Positions 1-9,339 are shown, numbered from the stretch's first letter. The stretch: DNA of 64,000 bases from an uncultured bacterium (GCA_937952265.1 CALFYW010000016.1:77633-141632), one strand, 5' to 3'. Made by a program: numbers and translations. Notes: a model not told the origin generated them from the sequence alone.

Positions 1-57
1 ACTATTACTTCGGGTGAATGGAGTCAATTTAACGAATACAGACAATGGTTAAGTGCT

Positions 58-1938
58 ATGGCAGGACCAAATATTTTTCTCACTGGCAACAGACAAAAAT
101 TTGAGGACATTAGACAAGAATCTCTCACAACTCTCGTTCTCATTACTCTCTTAGCTCGCAATAGTGATCTATTTCTATTAGATGAGATAGCCGGGCAATT
201 ATTGAAAGGTGGTAAGGAATACCTTGGTTTTTGTGACACCTCTCATACTCATGAATACTTGACTGCAAATCTCCCAATAATATTAGACTTATTATTGGAT
301 AAAAAATTGGTCGAACAATCAAACATTGATGGAGGATTTTCAATAAAACGTCTTAACATATTTAAAAAGTTAACAAGATTGTCAGATAAGAATGATATGC
401 GACTCAGGCAGAACTTTTTAGGGTCTACAATACTCGAGAATGACAAAGATATGTTAAGACAATGTCTTGAAGTTGGCATGAATTTTATTTTGGACAATGA
501 GAGCAAAGTCTTGAACTACTACCCAGAAGATCAGATACGTAATCGTTTTACGGATAAGATTCCTTCTGTAGGAAAAGGTATGGATGAAATCATGAAAGAA
601 TTTCAGAGTAAGATACTTGACGGGTCTATACATCAGTCCTCGAAAAATTACCTGGCATTTCCAGACTCCGGTAATGCTATTTCTGCCTTGGCCGCTGATA
701 TTCTTATAAGTTTTACAAATCAAAATCTTATTGCGACCACAAAAAGTGCTCCGACGGCAACCTTCGCCGAAATGCAAGTAATTCAATGGTTACGTCAACT
801 TATCGGGTTCCCAGAAGCAGAGGATTTCCCAGAGAATGCACTGAAAGTTGGAGGAGTAATGACTTCTGGCGGTACCCTAGCAAACGCTACAGCCCTTTTG
901 GTTGCTCGGTGCAAAAATTTTCCTGAATCAAGAAAGAAAGGTCTTTATACTTCACAAATAAAGCCGATACTAATAATCGCAGCAGACACACTCTATCATT
1001 ATTCACATATCGCTTCGTTTTGGTGGCTTGGCTTGGGTGAGGAAAATGTAGTTTTTGTTAAAGCTCTTAGCAATTTCAGGTTAGATTGCGATGATTTAGA
1101 CGAAAAATTATCACGGTATAACAATGGTAAGACATCCAAGGTTGTTGCTGTTGTGAGCCAAGCGGGTGACTCAAGAACAACAACTATTGAGGATTTTAAT
1201 AAAGTTGTTTCGATCACTAAAAAACATGACGTGTGGTTGCATGTCGATGCTTGCCATGGTGGAGTTTTATTGTTTTCCAAAATACATAGACAAAGCATGC
1301 AAGGAATAGAAAAGGCGAACTCAATAAGCATTGATCCTCATAAAGGATTGGGCATTCCATATCCATCAAGCGCCATACTCTTTAGAGATATAAAAGATTG
1401 TGAGTTGATTAGTAAGTCAACTGATATAACAATTAAGTCTGGATCTTCTGATTTAGGACAAATCACACCTTTTTTTGGCAGTAGAGCGTTTGATAGTCTT
1501 AAGCTATGGTTTCTTATTAAACATCTTGAAACAGAAGGGATTGGGGCACTAGTAGAATATCGCTATAAACTTGCCGAAAAGTGGTCCACTCATATTGACG
1601 AATCAAACTTTTTTGAAACCCTAAATGAGGTAAAGCTCAATAGTGTTGTTTTTTCTATCTCACCCAAAAAGTTGCAGAGCAAATATCCAAGTGTCTCCCT
1701 AAATCAAGAAACGATCTCAAAGATAAACAAACTAATTCATGACGAAGTTTATAAAGAAGGATACTTGTGCATTCACAACTTTGATATTGTAGATATGGCT
1801 AAAAAAATTACGTCCGAGGGAGAAAAATTGAGGGTCTTAGGAGTTACTCTTGGGAATCCTTACACTGACGCTGCTGATTTCCCCAACCACATTACTTATC
1901 TGGATGAGAAAGCAGAAACAATAATCAAATCTGTATGA
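58..1938 (+). CDS. PLP-dependent (group II) amino-acid decarboxylase-like protein with a long N-terminal extension. The reading frame is open back to nt 1, so the true start may lie upstream of the window
   Basis: Motifs TSGGTLANATALLVAR, HVDACHGG and SIDPHKGLGIPY (PLP-lysine S-x-D-x-HK) are typical of fold-type I group II decarboxylases. Very AT-rich coding sequence. Confidence 0.6.
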   Translation: MAGPNIFLTGNRQKFEDIRQESLTTLVLITLLARNSDLFLLDEIAGQLLKGGKEYLGFCDTSHTHEYLTANLPIILDLLLDKKLVEQSNIDGGFSIKRLNIFKKLTRLSDKNDMRLRQNFLGSTILENDKDMLRQCLEVGMNFILDNESKVLNYYPEDQIRNRFTDKIPSVGKGMDEIMKEFQSKILDGSIHQSSKNYLAFPDSGNAISALAADILISFTNQNLIATTKSAPTATFAEMQVIQWLRQLIGFPEAEDFPENALKVGGVMTSGGTLANATALLVARCKNFPESRKKGLYTSQIKPILIIAADTLYHYSHIASFWWLGLGEENVVFVKALSNFRLDCDDLDEKLSRYNNGKTSKVVAVVSQAGDSRTTTIEDFNKVVSITKKHDVWLHVDACHGGVLLFSKIHRQSMQGIEKANSISIDPHKGLGIPYPSSAILFRDIKDCELISKSTDITIKSGSSDLGQITPFFGSRAFDSLKLWFLIKHLETEGIGALVEYRYKLAEKWSTHIDESNFFETLNEVKLNSVVFSISPKKLQSKYPSVSLNQETISKINKLIHDEVYKEGYLCIHNFDIVDMAKKITSEGEKLRVLGVTLGNPYTDAADFPNHITYLDEKAETIIKSV

Positions 1939-2861
1939 TTGTTATAACTACGTATCATGGTCGAAATAATGATAAAAGATTTTCGAACCGTAAACAGTAT
2001 TTGGAAGAGACTATCAGGTCTATAGATAGTCAGAATTTAGATAATTTATTTCATTTAATTATCGATGATGGGAGTTCAGATGGTACTTATGAAATCTTAC
2101 GCTCCCGATATGCTAACGATAATAAGCGTTGTATTTTAAGAAGAGAGAAAAACGTCGATGAACCTCTTACGTCTACAAATGCCCGGAACTTCGCTATAAA
2201 TTTATGCCTGAAATCTCATTCGATAGAAGGAATTGATATTTCAAAACAAAAATATATTACATTTATTGACTCTGACGATATTGTAATTGACTTGAGCAAA
2301 CGTGAAGAATTTCTAAGCAGAAACGATTCCGCCTTCCTGTATACCGATGCGCTATTATTTTTTGACGATATTGATACCGCATTCTTTTGGAGAGGAATGC
2401 GTGCAGACCGTGCTTACAAAAATTTCTGGATTTATGGACGGATGCCCTACCCAACTATGACATGGAGGATAGACTTTTTACGTGAATTAAAAAACTGGAT
2501 AAAAATAAACTATGGTTTTGACGGTCCATTTGACTCTAAAATAGGGTGCGGTGAAGATGTAGATGTAGCTCTTTCTGCATTCGAGTGTGCGCAGAATAAA
2601 AAATTTAAAATTGACTATCTCCCTGAAGTTACAGCTGGATACAGAATACACGATTCTTCCTTAGCTTCTATTCGCAATCAATCAACTAGAGCGAATGAGG
2701 AGAACTCGGTTCTTAAGAGACACTTTGGAGACAGTGTTGGCATGTACTTACACTTTAGAAGATTTTTTGCACGGCCAGAATGCTACATGCCTTACCTAAT
2801 GAAAGTTAAAAATATTTTTCGTAAAAGGACCTCTAAAATGATGTTTTTATCTAAACAATAA
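1935..2861 (+). CDS. Family 2 glycosyltransferase
   Basis: N-terminal 'IVITTYHGRNN...IIDDGSSDGT' and a DxD-like 'FIDSDD' motif. ATG overlaps the upstream stop (ATGA). Confidence 0.65.
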   Translation: MIVITTYHGRNNDKRFSNRKQYLEETIRSIDSQNLDNLFHLIIDDGSSDGTYEILRSRYANDNKRCILRREKNVDEPLTSTNARNFAINLCLKSHSIEGIDISKQKYITFIDSDDIVIDLSKREEFLSRNDSAFLYTDALLFFDDIDTAFFWRGMRADRAYKNFWIYGRMPYPTMTWRIDFLRELKNWIKINYGFDGPFDSKIGCGEDVDVALSAFECAQNKKFKIDYLPEVTAGYRIHDSSLASIRNQSTRANEENSVLKRHFGDSVGMYLHFRRFFARPECYMPYLMKVKNIFRKRTSKMMFLSKQ

Positions 2862-3501
2862 CTTTGAAATAAAGACTATGGTCCTCATCGTCAGCGCTAG
2901 GAAACTCAGGAAATCTTTTCAAAAAATCTTTTTCAGTCACCTGTTCAATATTCTCTAATTGAGCTTGTTTCAGGACCCATTGGAGAAGTTCAAGATCAAA
3001 CAGGTTTTGGTGTTCACCACCTTGATAAAAATGAGCATTGATAACTTGTTGCGCTGGTGCGTCGCCGTGTTCGTATTTATACCTACGCTGTTTCCCTTTT
3101 AAAAGCTCTAGCCCTTTGTTTGAAAAATAGCCAGCACATATTTTTGAAATATCCGGGCATGATAACCAGATTTCTGCACCTGGCGAACAAACCCTTTTCA
3201 TCTCTCTTAATAACGGAATAAGTTCACTCTGCATATCCAAATGTTCAATCGTCTGTTGACATACGATAAACCTAAAAATGCTGTCGTGGAAAGGCAGATA
3301 TCCTCCACCAAGATCAACGTCTAGGTCAGAAGCAGTAACATCTACATTTAACCAGCCGTCGATCTTTTTACCTTGGCACCCTAAATGTAGTTTGTCCGTA
3401 TTAACATCAAATTTCCTTCTACCAGTTTTTAATCTTGTGCTATACCTGAGCAGATCAAAATTAATCAATTTTTGCGTTCTTTTTGAGAAGATATTATTCA
3501 T
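2851..3501 (-). CDS. Class I SAM-dependent methyltransferase
   Basis: 'VDLGGGYLPFHDSIFRFIVCQQTIEHL' resembles the methyltransferase type-11 motif I/post-I region. Confidence 0.55.
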   Translation of the reverse strand: MNNIFSKRTQKLINFDLLRYSTRLKTGRRKFDVNTDKLHLGCQGKKIDGWLNVDVTASDLDVDLGGGYLPFHDSIFRFIVCQQTIEHLDMQSELIPLLREMKRVCSPGAEIWLSCPDISKICAGYFSNKGLELLKGKQRRYKYEHGDAPAQQVINAHFYQGGEHQNLFDLELLQWVLKQAQLENIEQVTEKDFLKRFPEFPSADDEDHSLYFKVIV

Positions 3502-4315
3502 AACTTTTTATAGAATTAAGCGTCTCAAGAATAGTATCAACTTTTATATTTGAAGGATAATTTTCTCTCAATACAGATATTTTCTGATCCATCCTATTAA
3601 GCGAAGGTTTTATCATTTTTTTAATCTCATCAACATCGCCACCGCCTATAAATTCAACAATTTTTTCAATCACGGCGTGATTTTTTGTGTCGTCAATTAA
3701 ATCTTCATATCGGACGAGCATGCTTTCTGTTTGAGACAGATGGTATATCATGTCGCGTTGTGCTTGTGCCCACAAAGAAAGACCGTATTCATAGGTAAAT
3801 TTGGATGGCCAAAATATGTTAAGGAAAGAATGCGTTGCGACATAAGGGTCTCTATAAATTCCAATTATTTTATGTTTGGGGAGATAATCTTTCCAAACAT
3901 AGTAAAAGATTGGGAAATTTTTAATACCCCACCTTTCTTTTTGAGTGCTTAATTTATACAAAACGGTGTGCATCTTTCTTAAAGTTATAAGACGTCTGCA
4001 TTTCTGCCGTAACGTTTTTGCATGTAAATCTACATTACTATCGACACTCCCTCTGTATCCAGCTTCTTTTAAATATTTCCAACTAAGCGCCGAGATTTTT
4101 TTGTGTTCAAAAAATCCATCTGGATTAGTAATCAACGGTTGCTTAAGTTCGCGCTGCTCTCCAAAATTAATTCCACAAGCACTAACAATACTAGCAAGCA
4201 AGCTTGTGCCACTTCTCTGAAATCCCATTATTACAAAGACATCCCCCTTTGTTTTTCTTCTTATTCTTTCGCAGCCGATAAGATTCTCAGTTTTTGTATA
4301 GCTGTAATACGACAT
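3494..4315 (-). CDS. Sulfotransferase family protein
   Basis: 'VIMGFQRSGTSLLASIV' 5'-PSB (PAPS-binding) loop near the N-terminus; length about 270 aa. Confidence 0.6.
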   Translation of the reverse strand: MSYYSYTKTENLIGCERIRRKTKGDVFVIMGFQRSGTSLLASIVSACGINFGEQRELKQPLITNPDGFFEHKKISALSWKYLKEAGYRGSVDSNVDLHAKTLRQKCRRLITLRKMHTVLYKLSTQKERWGIKNFPIFYYVWKDYLPKHKIIGIYRDPYVATHSFLNIFWPSKFTYEYGLSLWAQAQRDMIYHLSQTESMLVRYEDLIDDTKNHAVIEKIVEFIGGGDVDEIKKMIKPSLNRMDQKISVLRENYPSNIKVDTILETLNSIKSYE

Positions 4316-4383
4316 AAACTCATCATAACTAAAATATAGCTAGAAATCTAGTTATTACAGCTCAAATTTGATATCATGGACAT

Positions 4384-6183
4384 ATGGAAGCGCACACTAT
4401 CACTAAAACTATTGCAACTATTAAATCAGCGATTACAGACCTCCTGTCTGATCACGGGATCAGTGCTCCAGAAGTTAAAGTAGAAAAACCTGCTGATTTC
4501 AAACATGGTGATATATCAACCAATGTTGCTCTGCAATACGCGAAAGAGGTCAAGATGAATCCTTATGATTTTGCCTGTCTCATTTGTGAATATTTAACTA
4601 CAAAGAAATTTGTAGGCATCGAGAAAGTTGAGGCAGTGAAGCCCGGATTCGTCAACGTCACTTTTAGTGATATTTTTTACCGAGATCTGGTGCAAGAAAT
4701 TACACACTCTCCTGAAACATATGGAAGAAACAACTCACTAAGCAATTCTAAATGGGTTGTTGAGCATACATCACCCAACCCAAACAAGGCGATGCATCTG
4801 GGTCATCTACGTAATAATCTAATCGGAATGAGCCTTGTACGCATTCTAGAATGGAATGGTGCAGATGTTGTCTCTGACGCAGTAGATAATAATCGTGGAA
4901 TTGCAATTGCCAAGCTTATGTGGGGGTTTCTTGCTCATATGAAAAAAGAAGAAAATATCCCAACCGATGTGGGATATTGGGTATCAAATTCACAAAAGTG
5001 GTATGCACCAGAAGAAAAAGGATTGCTACCTGATATCTTTGTCACAGAATGCTACGTACTTGGAGAATCTGATTTTAAGAAAAACAAAGATGTTGAAAAT
5101 GCTGTGCGCAAATTAGCTGTGCAATGGGAGGCTGAAGATAAAGATGTGCGATTGTTATGGTCTCATGTGCTTAAATATGCATATGAGGGTATGAATAGAA
5201 CACTTACCCGATTAGGTAATCACTGGGATAAGGTTTGGCATGAACATGAACATTATCAAGACGGAAAAAAATATATATATGAAGGGTTGGAAAAAGGTAT
5301 ATTTAAAAAACTCGAAGATGGCGCAGTTTTAACACACCTCGAACAATATGGACTGCCAGATACTATTCTGTTAAAGAACGATGGAACATCATTGTATATT
5401 ACACAAGATATTGCACTTACTGCATTAAAAAAACAAAACTACAATGCAGATAAGCTTGTCTGGGTCATCGGCCCAGAGCAGTCTCTTGCAATGAGACAAT
5501 TATTTGCTGTATGTGAACAGCTCGGAATTGGAAAAATAAGTGATTTTACGCATGTTGCTTATGGATATGTTGGACTGAAAGCTGAAGGTGGTGGCTTTAA
5601 GAAAATGTCCTCTAGGGCAGGGACAGTCGTACTAATTGACGATGTAATTAATGAGGTAAAGGTGAAAATTACTCAAAGGTTGAAAGACAATAAAATTGAA
5701 CAAGGAAACAGCGGTGTGGGTAATCGTGCAGAAAAAATGGCACTCGCGGCTGTTAAATTTAATATCTTAAAATCTGACAGGGTGCAGGATTTAACCTTTG
5801 ATGTAGAGCAGTCTATAGAAACTACAGGAGACTCGGGTGTATATATTTTGTATGCATATGTTAGGACACAAGCAATTTTGCGCAAAGCACAGAATCTTCC
5901 TTCTGTGCCAGACCATGTTGATTCTGGTCTAGAGATTGATGTTCTAAAACAAATAGCACATTTTCCGAATATAGTTGACCGCGCAAAAAAAGATCTATCT
6001 GCGCACCATATTGCACAATATTTACTTGAACTTTGTTCAGCTTTCAACTCATGGTATGGGAAAGAAACTATTCTTGATGGCTCAGAAAAAGAAGGGTACA
6101 AACTAGCTGTGACAAAATCAGTTGGTATTGTTATTAAAAATGGATTAGCAATCCTCGGGATTGATACTGTTGAAGAAATTTGA
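4384..6183 (+). CDS. argS: Arginine--tRNA ligase
   Basis: Class I HIGH-type motif 'HTSPNPNKAMHLGHLRN' and KMSK-like 'KKMSSRAGTVV'; 599 aa. Confidence 0.9.
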   Translation: MEAHTITKTIATIKSAITDLLSDHGISAPEVKVEKPADFKHGDISTNVALQYAKEVKMNPYDFACLICEYLTTKKFVGIEKVEAVKPGFVNVTFSDIFYRDLVQEITHSPETYGRNNSLSNSKWVVEHTSPNPNKAMHLGHLRNNLIGMSLVRILEWNGADVVSDAVDNNRGIAIAKLMWGFLAHMKKEENIPTDVGYWVSNSQKWYAPEEKGLLPDIFVTECYVLGESDFKKNKDVENAVRKLAVQWEAEDKDVRLLWSHVLKYAYEGMNRTLTRLGNHWDKVWHEHEHYQDGKKYIYEGLEKGIFKKLEDGAVLTHLEQYGLPDTILLKNDGTSLYITQDIALTALKKQNYNADKLVWVIGPEQSLAMRQLFAVCEQLGIGKISDFTHVAYGYVGLKAEGGGFKKMSSRAGTVVLIDDVINEVKVKITQRLKDNKIEQGNSGVGNRAEKMALAAVKFNILKSDRVQDLTFDVEQSIETTGDSGVYILYAYVRTQAILRKAQNLPSVPDHVDSGLEIDVLKQIAHFPNIVDRAKKDLSAHHIAQYLLELCSAFNSWYGKETILDGSEKEGYKLAVTKSVGIVIKNGLAILGIDTVEEI

Positions 6184-6194
6184 TTTAAGGGAGC

Positions 6195-6224
6195 AACCCC
6201 GCCCGCGCTAGCGGGCGGGGTTTG
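6195..6224 (+). terminator. Rho-independent terminator of argS
   Basis: GC hairpin ccccgcccgcg-cta-gcgggcgggg followed by TTTGTG. Confidence 0.6.
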
Positions 6225-7195
6225 TGCGCGCACGGGTGGGAGCCGTGTACCAACACGGCATGGGGCAAGCACATACTCAAATGAGCCTCGGGCTATTTCC
6301 GCTAGGAGCGTCCAGGGCTAAAGGACGAGCGCCATCGTCAATCGAAGCCACCACACGCCGAAGCGGAAGCGACACCACAAACGCAAGAATGAAAACTAAA
6401 AGAGGGGGTTGTGCGAGGGCGGACTCCGAAGGCACGTTATACGAAGCCCTAAACGTTAGACGCATCACTACTTTTTACGACAAGCCGTAAACTCTCTGCG
6501 ACCTCTGCGAGGAGGAGCCCGAAGCTGGGGGAGAAAATCGTTTTCTCCCCCAAACAGAGGCGCTGCCCGAGCACCCGCCCCGCAGGGCGGGAGTGCGAGG
6601 AAAAGCAGCGCACATAGGCACCTAGGCGCTCGTAGCCCTAGCGGAAATAGCCCGAGGCGGATGCCGAGGGTGCCATCCCTTTAGCCATGAACGCAAAACA
6701 AGTAGAATAGACCTGTGGCACCACTTTACGAATGACGCCACTTCCACGACTTAGTGGAAGCCGACCGGGCCCCGTTTTCCGCTCCTCAGTTCTTTTCTAT
6801 TGTGGCGGGGGGATTCTTTTTCAAAATTGTATGGGCGGAAAACGGGGCGAGGGCGGAGCGCCGAGCTTGTCGAGGCGCTGGCGGCATGAGTTAGCATCAC
6901 CACGCGATCGGAGCGTACGAGGAAGTACAAAGCCACCACGCACGCGGCGCGTGCGCCTGTCAGACTCTGGCGGAAAGTCAGTCGCGTTGCGACTGGAAGA
7001 AGGTTCGAACTTGGTCGTACAAAGTAGCCAACAAGGATAAAAGAAGGTGTTCAAGTGGAAAAGAGACTAATAAAGGCAATGCGCAACTCAAAAAACTCTC
7101 ACTTAAGTCAGCGATTGAACTCGGAGAGGCAATCTACAAACGGTCTCCTTCAGATCGGTGGAACGAGCTATGGACTCATAAAAACAGAAAAAATT
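6225..7195. other. ORF-less GC-rich block with extensive local and long-range self-complementarity. Candidate large structured RNA or non-autonomous mobile element; the strand is unresolved
   Basis: GC content is far above the flanking DNA. There is no ORF longer than 102 aa and none has an RBS. Bulged inverted repeat 6283-6333 vs 6624-6660 (GGCGCTCGT..CCTAGCGGAAATAGCCCGAGG), plus hairpins ccccgttttccgc/gcggaaaacgggg, gccgtg..cacggc and gggggagaaaatcgttttctccccc. Confidence 0.4.
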
Positions 7196-7196
7196 A

Positions 7197-7216
7197 ATCC
7201 CCACAATCGGGGATTA
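7197..7216 (-). terminator. Rho-independent terminator of the RHH gene (minus strand)
   Basis: aatccccgattgtggggatt followed on the minus strand by aattttttctgttttt. Confidence 0.55.
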
Positions 7217-7236
7217 AATGAGAGTGCTGATTTTTG

Positions 7237-7407
7237 CTATTCTTGATTGATGCAAGTTTCAAGCAAGGATCCATTATCAATCATCCTTTGAAACTGTGCT
7301 TCAAGATAGTGCACCAATGTTTGATTCTTTTGATGTGCTTTTTTCTGAAGCTCTTGGAGTACCTCATCAGAGAAATTGAGGCAAAAGGTTCTTTTTACTA
7401 CTGCCAT
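7237..7407 (-). CDS. Small ribbon-helix-helix (CopG/Arc/MetJ-like) DNA-binding protein, 56 aa. Below the ORF-track length cutoff
   Basis: Strong RBS aaaggagg 8 nt upstream of ATG. Sequence MAVVKRTFCLNFSDEVLQELQKKAHQKNQTLVHYLEAQFQRMIDNG fits a beta-strand then helix RHH fold. Followed by its own terminator. Confidence 0.55.
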   Translation of the reverse strand: MAVVKRTFCLNFSDEVLQELQKKAHQKNQTLVHYLEAQFQRMIDNGSLLETCINQE

Positions 7408-7513
7408 AATAAACCTCCTTTCTTTCTCATTGTTATGGAAAACTAAACCATACTAACTATACCTAAATCAACACTCATAGACAATCATAAAGCTTCCGTG
7501 TCATAATGGCGGT

Positions 7514-7705
7514 ATGAAGAAAATTTTGTTTATCATTATTATAGCGCTGATTGTAGCGGGAGTATGGTGGCAAGCCACAAAAAATACCACTGAAGATGAG
7601 TTTTGTATTCAAGTAATTACTGATGCTCGAAATCCGGAAACACAAGAAATCAAGAGCTTCCCTACACCGTGTGATGTTCCCGAAAATTGGGAGATCATTA
7701 TGTAG
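7514..7705 (+). CDS. Small membrane-anchored hypothetical protein
   Basis: N-terminal hydrophobic helix 'ILFIIIIALIVAGVWW'; no homology recognised. Confidence 0.3.
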   Translation: MKKILFIIIIALIVAGVWWQATKNTTEDEFCIQVITDARNPETQEIKSFPTPCDVPENWEIIM

Positions 7706-7710
7706 TTATG

Positions 7711-8313
7711 AAAGTGCTCCTCGCCACGAATAATCAAGGAAAGGTGGCGCGCTTCAAGCACCTCATCTCGTATACTCGCCTGCCCGTTGAACTCTCCACA
7801 CCAGCTGAGCTTAACATTGCCACAAAAGAAATCGAAGAAACAGGAAGCACGTTAATAGAAAACGCCGATCTGAAAGCTCGTGGCTATGCGGGAATTGAAA
7901 TACCCATACTTGCGAATGATACTGGTTTCTATGTCGAAGGAGAGGGGTTTGTACATGCTCCAAAACGAAAGGCACTTGGTGAAAACTCGGCTCTACTGAG
8001 CAGAGAAGAGATATCATCACGCATGCTTACCTTTTGGCAACACGTTGCCCAAAAATATGGAGGGCGCGTTAATGCAGCGTGGATTGAAGCCTTCTTTATT
8101 CTCTATCCTGACGGGAAAACGAACACCGCAGAATCTCGGAGAGATGTCATTCTTACTGATCACATATTTGGAGTGCCCCATCCTGAAATGCCGGTTCGAG
8201 CACTTTACATTTCAAAGGCAACCAATAAACCAGCAGTTACCCATTCCCCAGAAGAAGAACGAAAAGAAATGGAACCTGTTATTGAGGCCCTCACCCACCT
8301 ACTTACGGCATGA
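7711..8313 (+). CDS. Ham1/RdgB-like non-canonical purine NTP pyrophosphatase
   Basis: 'KVLLATNNQGKVARF', 'ETGSTLIENADLKARGYA' and 'PILANDTGFYVEGEGF' match ITPase family motifs. ATG at about 7711 chosen over the upstream in-frame Met. Confidence 0.5.
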   Translation, partial: KVLLATNNQGKVARFKHLISYTRLPVELSTPAELNIATKEIEETGSTLIENADLKARGYAGIEIPILANDTGFYVEGEGFVHAPKRKALGENSALLSREEISSRMLTFWQHVAQKYGGRVNAAWIEAFFILYPDGKTNTAESRRDVILTDHIFGVPHPEMPVRALYISKATNKPAVTHSPEEERKEMEPVIEALTHLLTA

Positions 8314-8741
8314 AGAAGGGAGAGGAGAAACCTAAAATTGGCGTAGGAGTAATGATTCTAAAGGATAAAAAAGTTCTCCTCGGAAAACGCAAAGACTCTC
8401 ACGGAGAAGGTGAATTCTCATTTCCGGGTGGCCACCTTGAATACATGGAGTCGGTGATAGAGTGTGCGAAACGAGAAACTCGAGAAGAGTGCGGTATTGA
8501 AATTACGAATATACGATTTCAATTTGTATCGAACGTGCTACGTTATACCCCAAAGCATTACCTCCATATCGGTCTGATTGCTGATTGGAAGGAAGGAGAC
8601 CTTGAGGTGCGAGAACCTGAAAAATGCGAATCGTGGGAGTGGTTTGATCAACATGCTCTGCCAGAACCGCTTTTCGAAATGTGTGCGCAAGCATTTGCTG
8701 CTCAAAAAACAAATGAATACTTTTATGATGGACGAGCCTAG
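8310..8741 (+). CDS. NUDIX hydrolase
   Basis: Nudix box 'GGHLEYMESVIECAKRETREECGIEI'. Confidence 0.8.
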   Translation: MKKGEEKPKIGVGVMILKDKKVLLGKRKDSHGEGEFSFPGGHLEYMESVIECAKRETREECGIEITNIRFQFVSNVLRYTPKHYLHIGLIADWKEGDLEVREPEKCESWEWFDQHALPEPLFEMCAQAFAAQKTNEYFYDGRA

Positions 8742-8813
8742 ACACCAAGATCTTATCTTTACACAAAAACTCTATCTACTATACTAAAGTTATTATTCCT
8801 AATTATCGTTATT

Positions 8814-9338
8814 ATGGGTAAAAATATACTCTTATTTGCAATTATCATACTTATCGGAGGCGGCATCTATCTCGTAACTCAAAACGAAGAAGCGGTAATG
8901 CCGGAGGACAGCATGCAAGTGAATGAAGAATCAATGGAAAGCAGTATGGAAACAGAGAAGATGATGGAAAATGAAGCATCTCAAAACATGGAGGAGATGT
9001 CAGAGAATGACAGCATGAGTGCATCACATGGATCCTACGAAGCTTACGCTCAAGAGAAAATTGCGAAAGCGGCGGATAGCGGAGACGTGGTTCTCTTTTT
9101 CCGTGCAAGCTGGTGCCCAACCTGCAGAGCGCTTGATGCTCACATTAAAGAAAATCTCTCAGCAATCCCAAGTGGGCTTACGATTCTTGATGTAGATTAC
9201 GACAATTCATCTGCGCTCAAACAAAAATATGGGGTTACCTACCAACACACACTTGTCCAGGTTGACTCGGATGGGAATCTGATCAAAAAATGGAACGGGA
9301 GTCGAACACTTGCTTCACTCATCAAAGAAGTAGAATAA
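8814..9338 (+). CDS. Membrane-anchored thioredoxin-like protein with an acidic, Met-rich linker
   Basis: N-terminal TM helix, Met/Glu-rich stretch (MESSMETEKMMENEASQNMEEMSENDSMS), then 'FFRASWCPTCR' thioredoxin CxxC motif. Confidence 0.65.
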   Translation: MGKNILLFAIIILIGGGIYLVTQNEEAVMPEDSMQVNEESMESSMETEKMMENEASQNMEEMSENDSMSASHGSYEAYAQEKIAKAADSGDVVLFFRASWCPTCRALDAHIKENLSAIPSGLTILDVDYDNSSALKQKYGVTYQHTLVQVDSDGNLIKKWNGSRTLASLIKEVE

Positions 9339-9339
9339 C

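Noticed and set aside
6224-7054. ORF-track ORFs inside the GC-rich block (6224..6490 +, 6277..6468 -, 6732..7040 +, 6751..6939 -, 6821..7054 -)
   Set aside because: They overlap one another on both strands, none has an RBS, and the products are low-complexity Arg/Gly/Pro-rich peptides typical of spurious frames in GC-rich non-coding DNA.
6225-7195. Identification of the GC-rich block as RNase P RNA, SRP RNA, tmRNA, 6S RNA or an rRNA fragment
   Set aside because: I could not find the P4 (GGAAAGUCCGGGCUCC / ACAGAANCCGGCUUA) motifs, the SRP domain IV motif, tRNA-like tmRNA ends or rRNA signature motifs on either strand. A canonical group II domain V (GAGC..34-nt hairpin) was also not recognisable, so the intron idea is left as a weak possibility only.
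7234-7446. 70-aa plus-strand ORF
   Set aside because: It is antisense to a better-supported minus-strand RHH gene with a perfect RBS and terminator. The plus ORF has no RBS and runs through the terminator hairpin.
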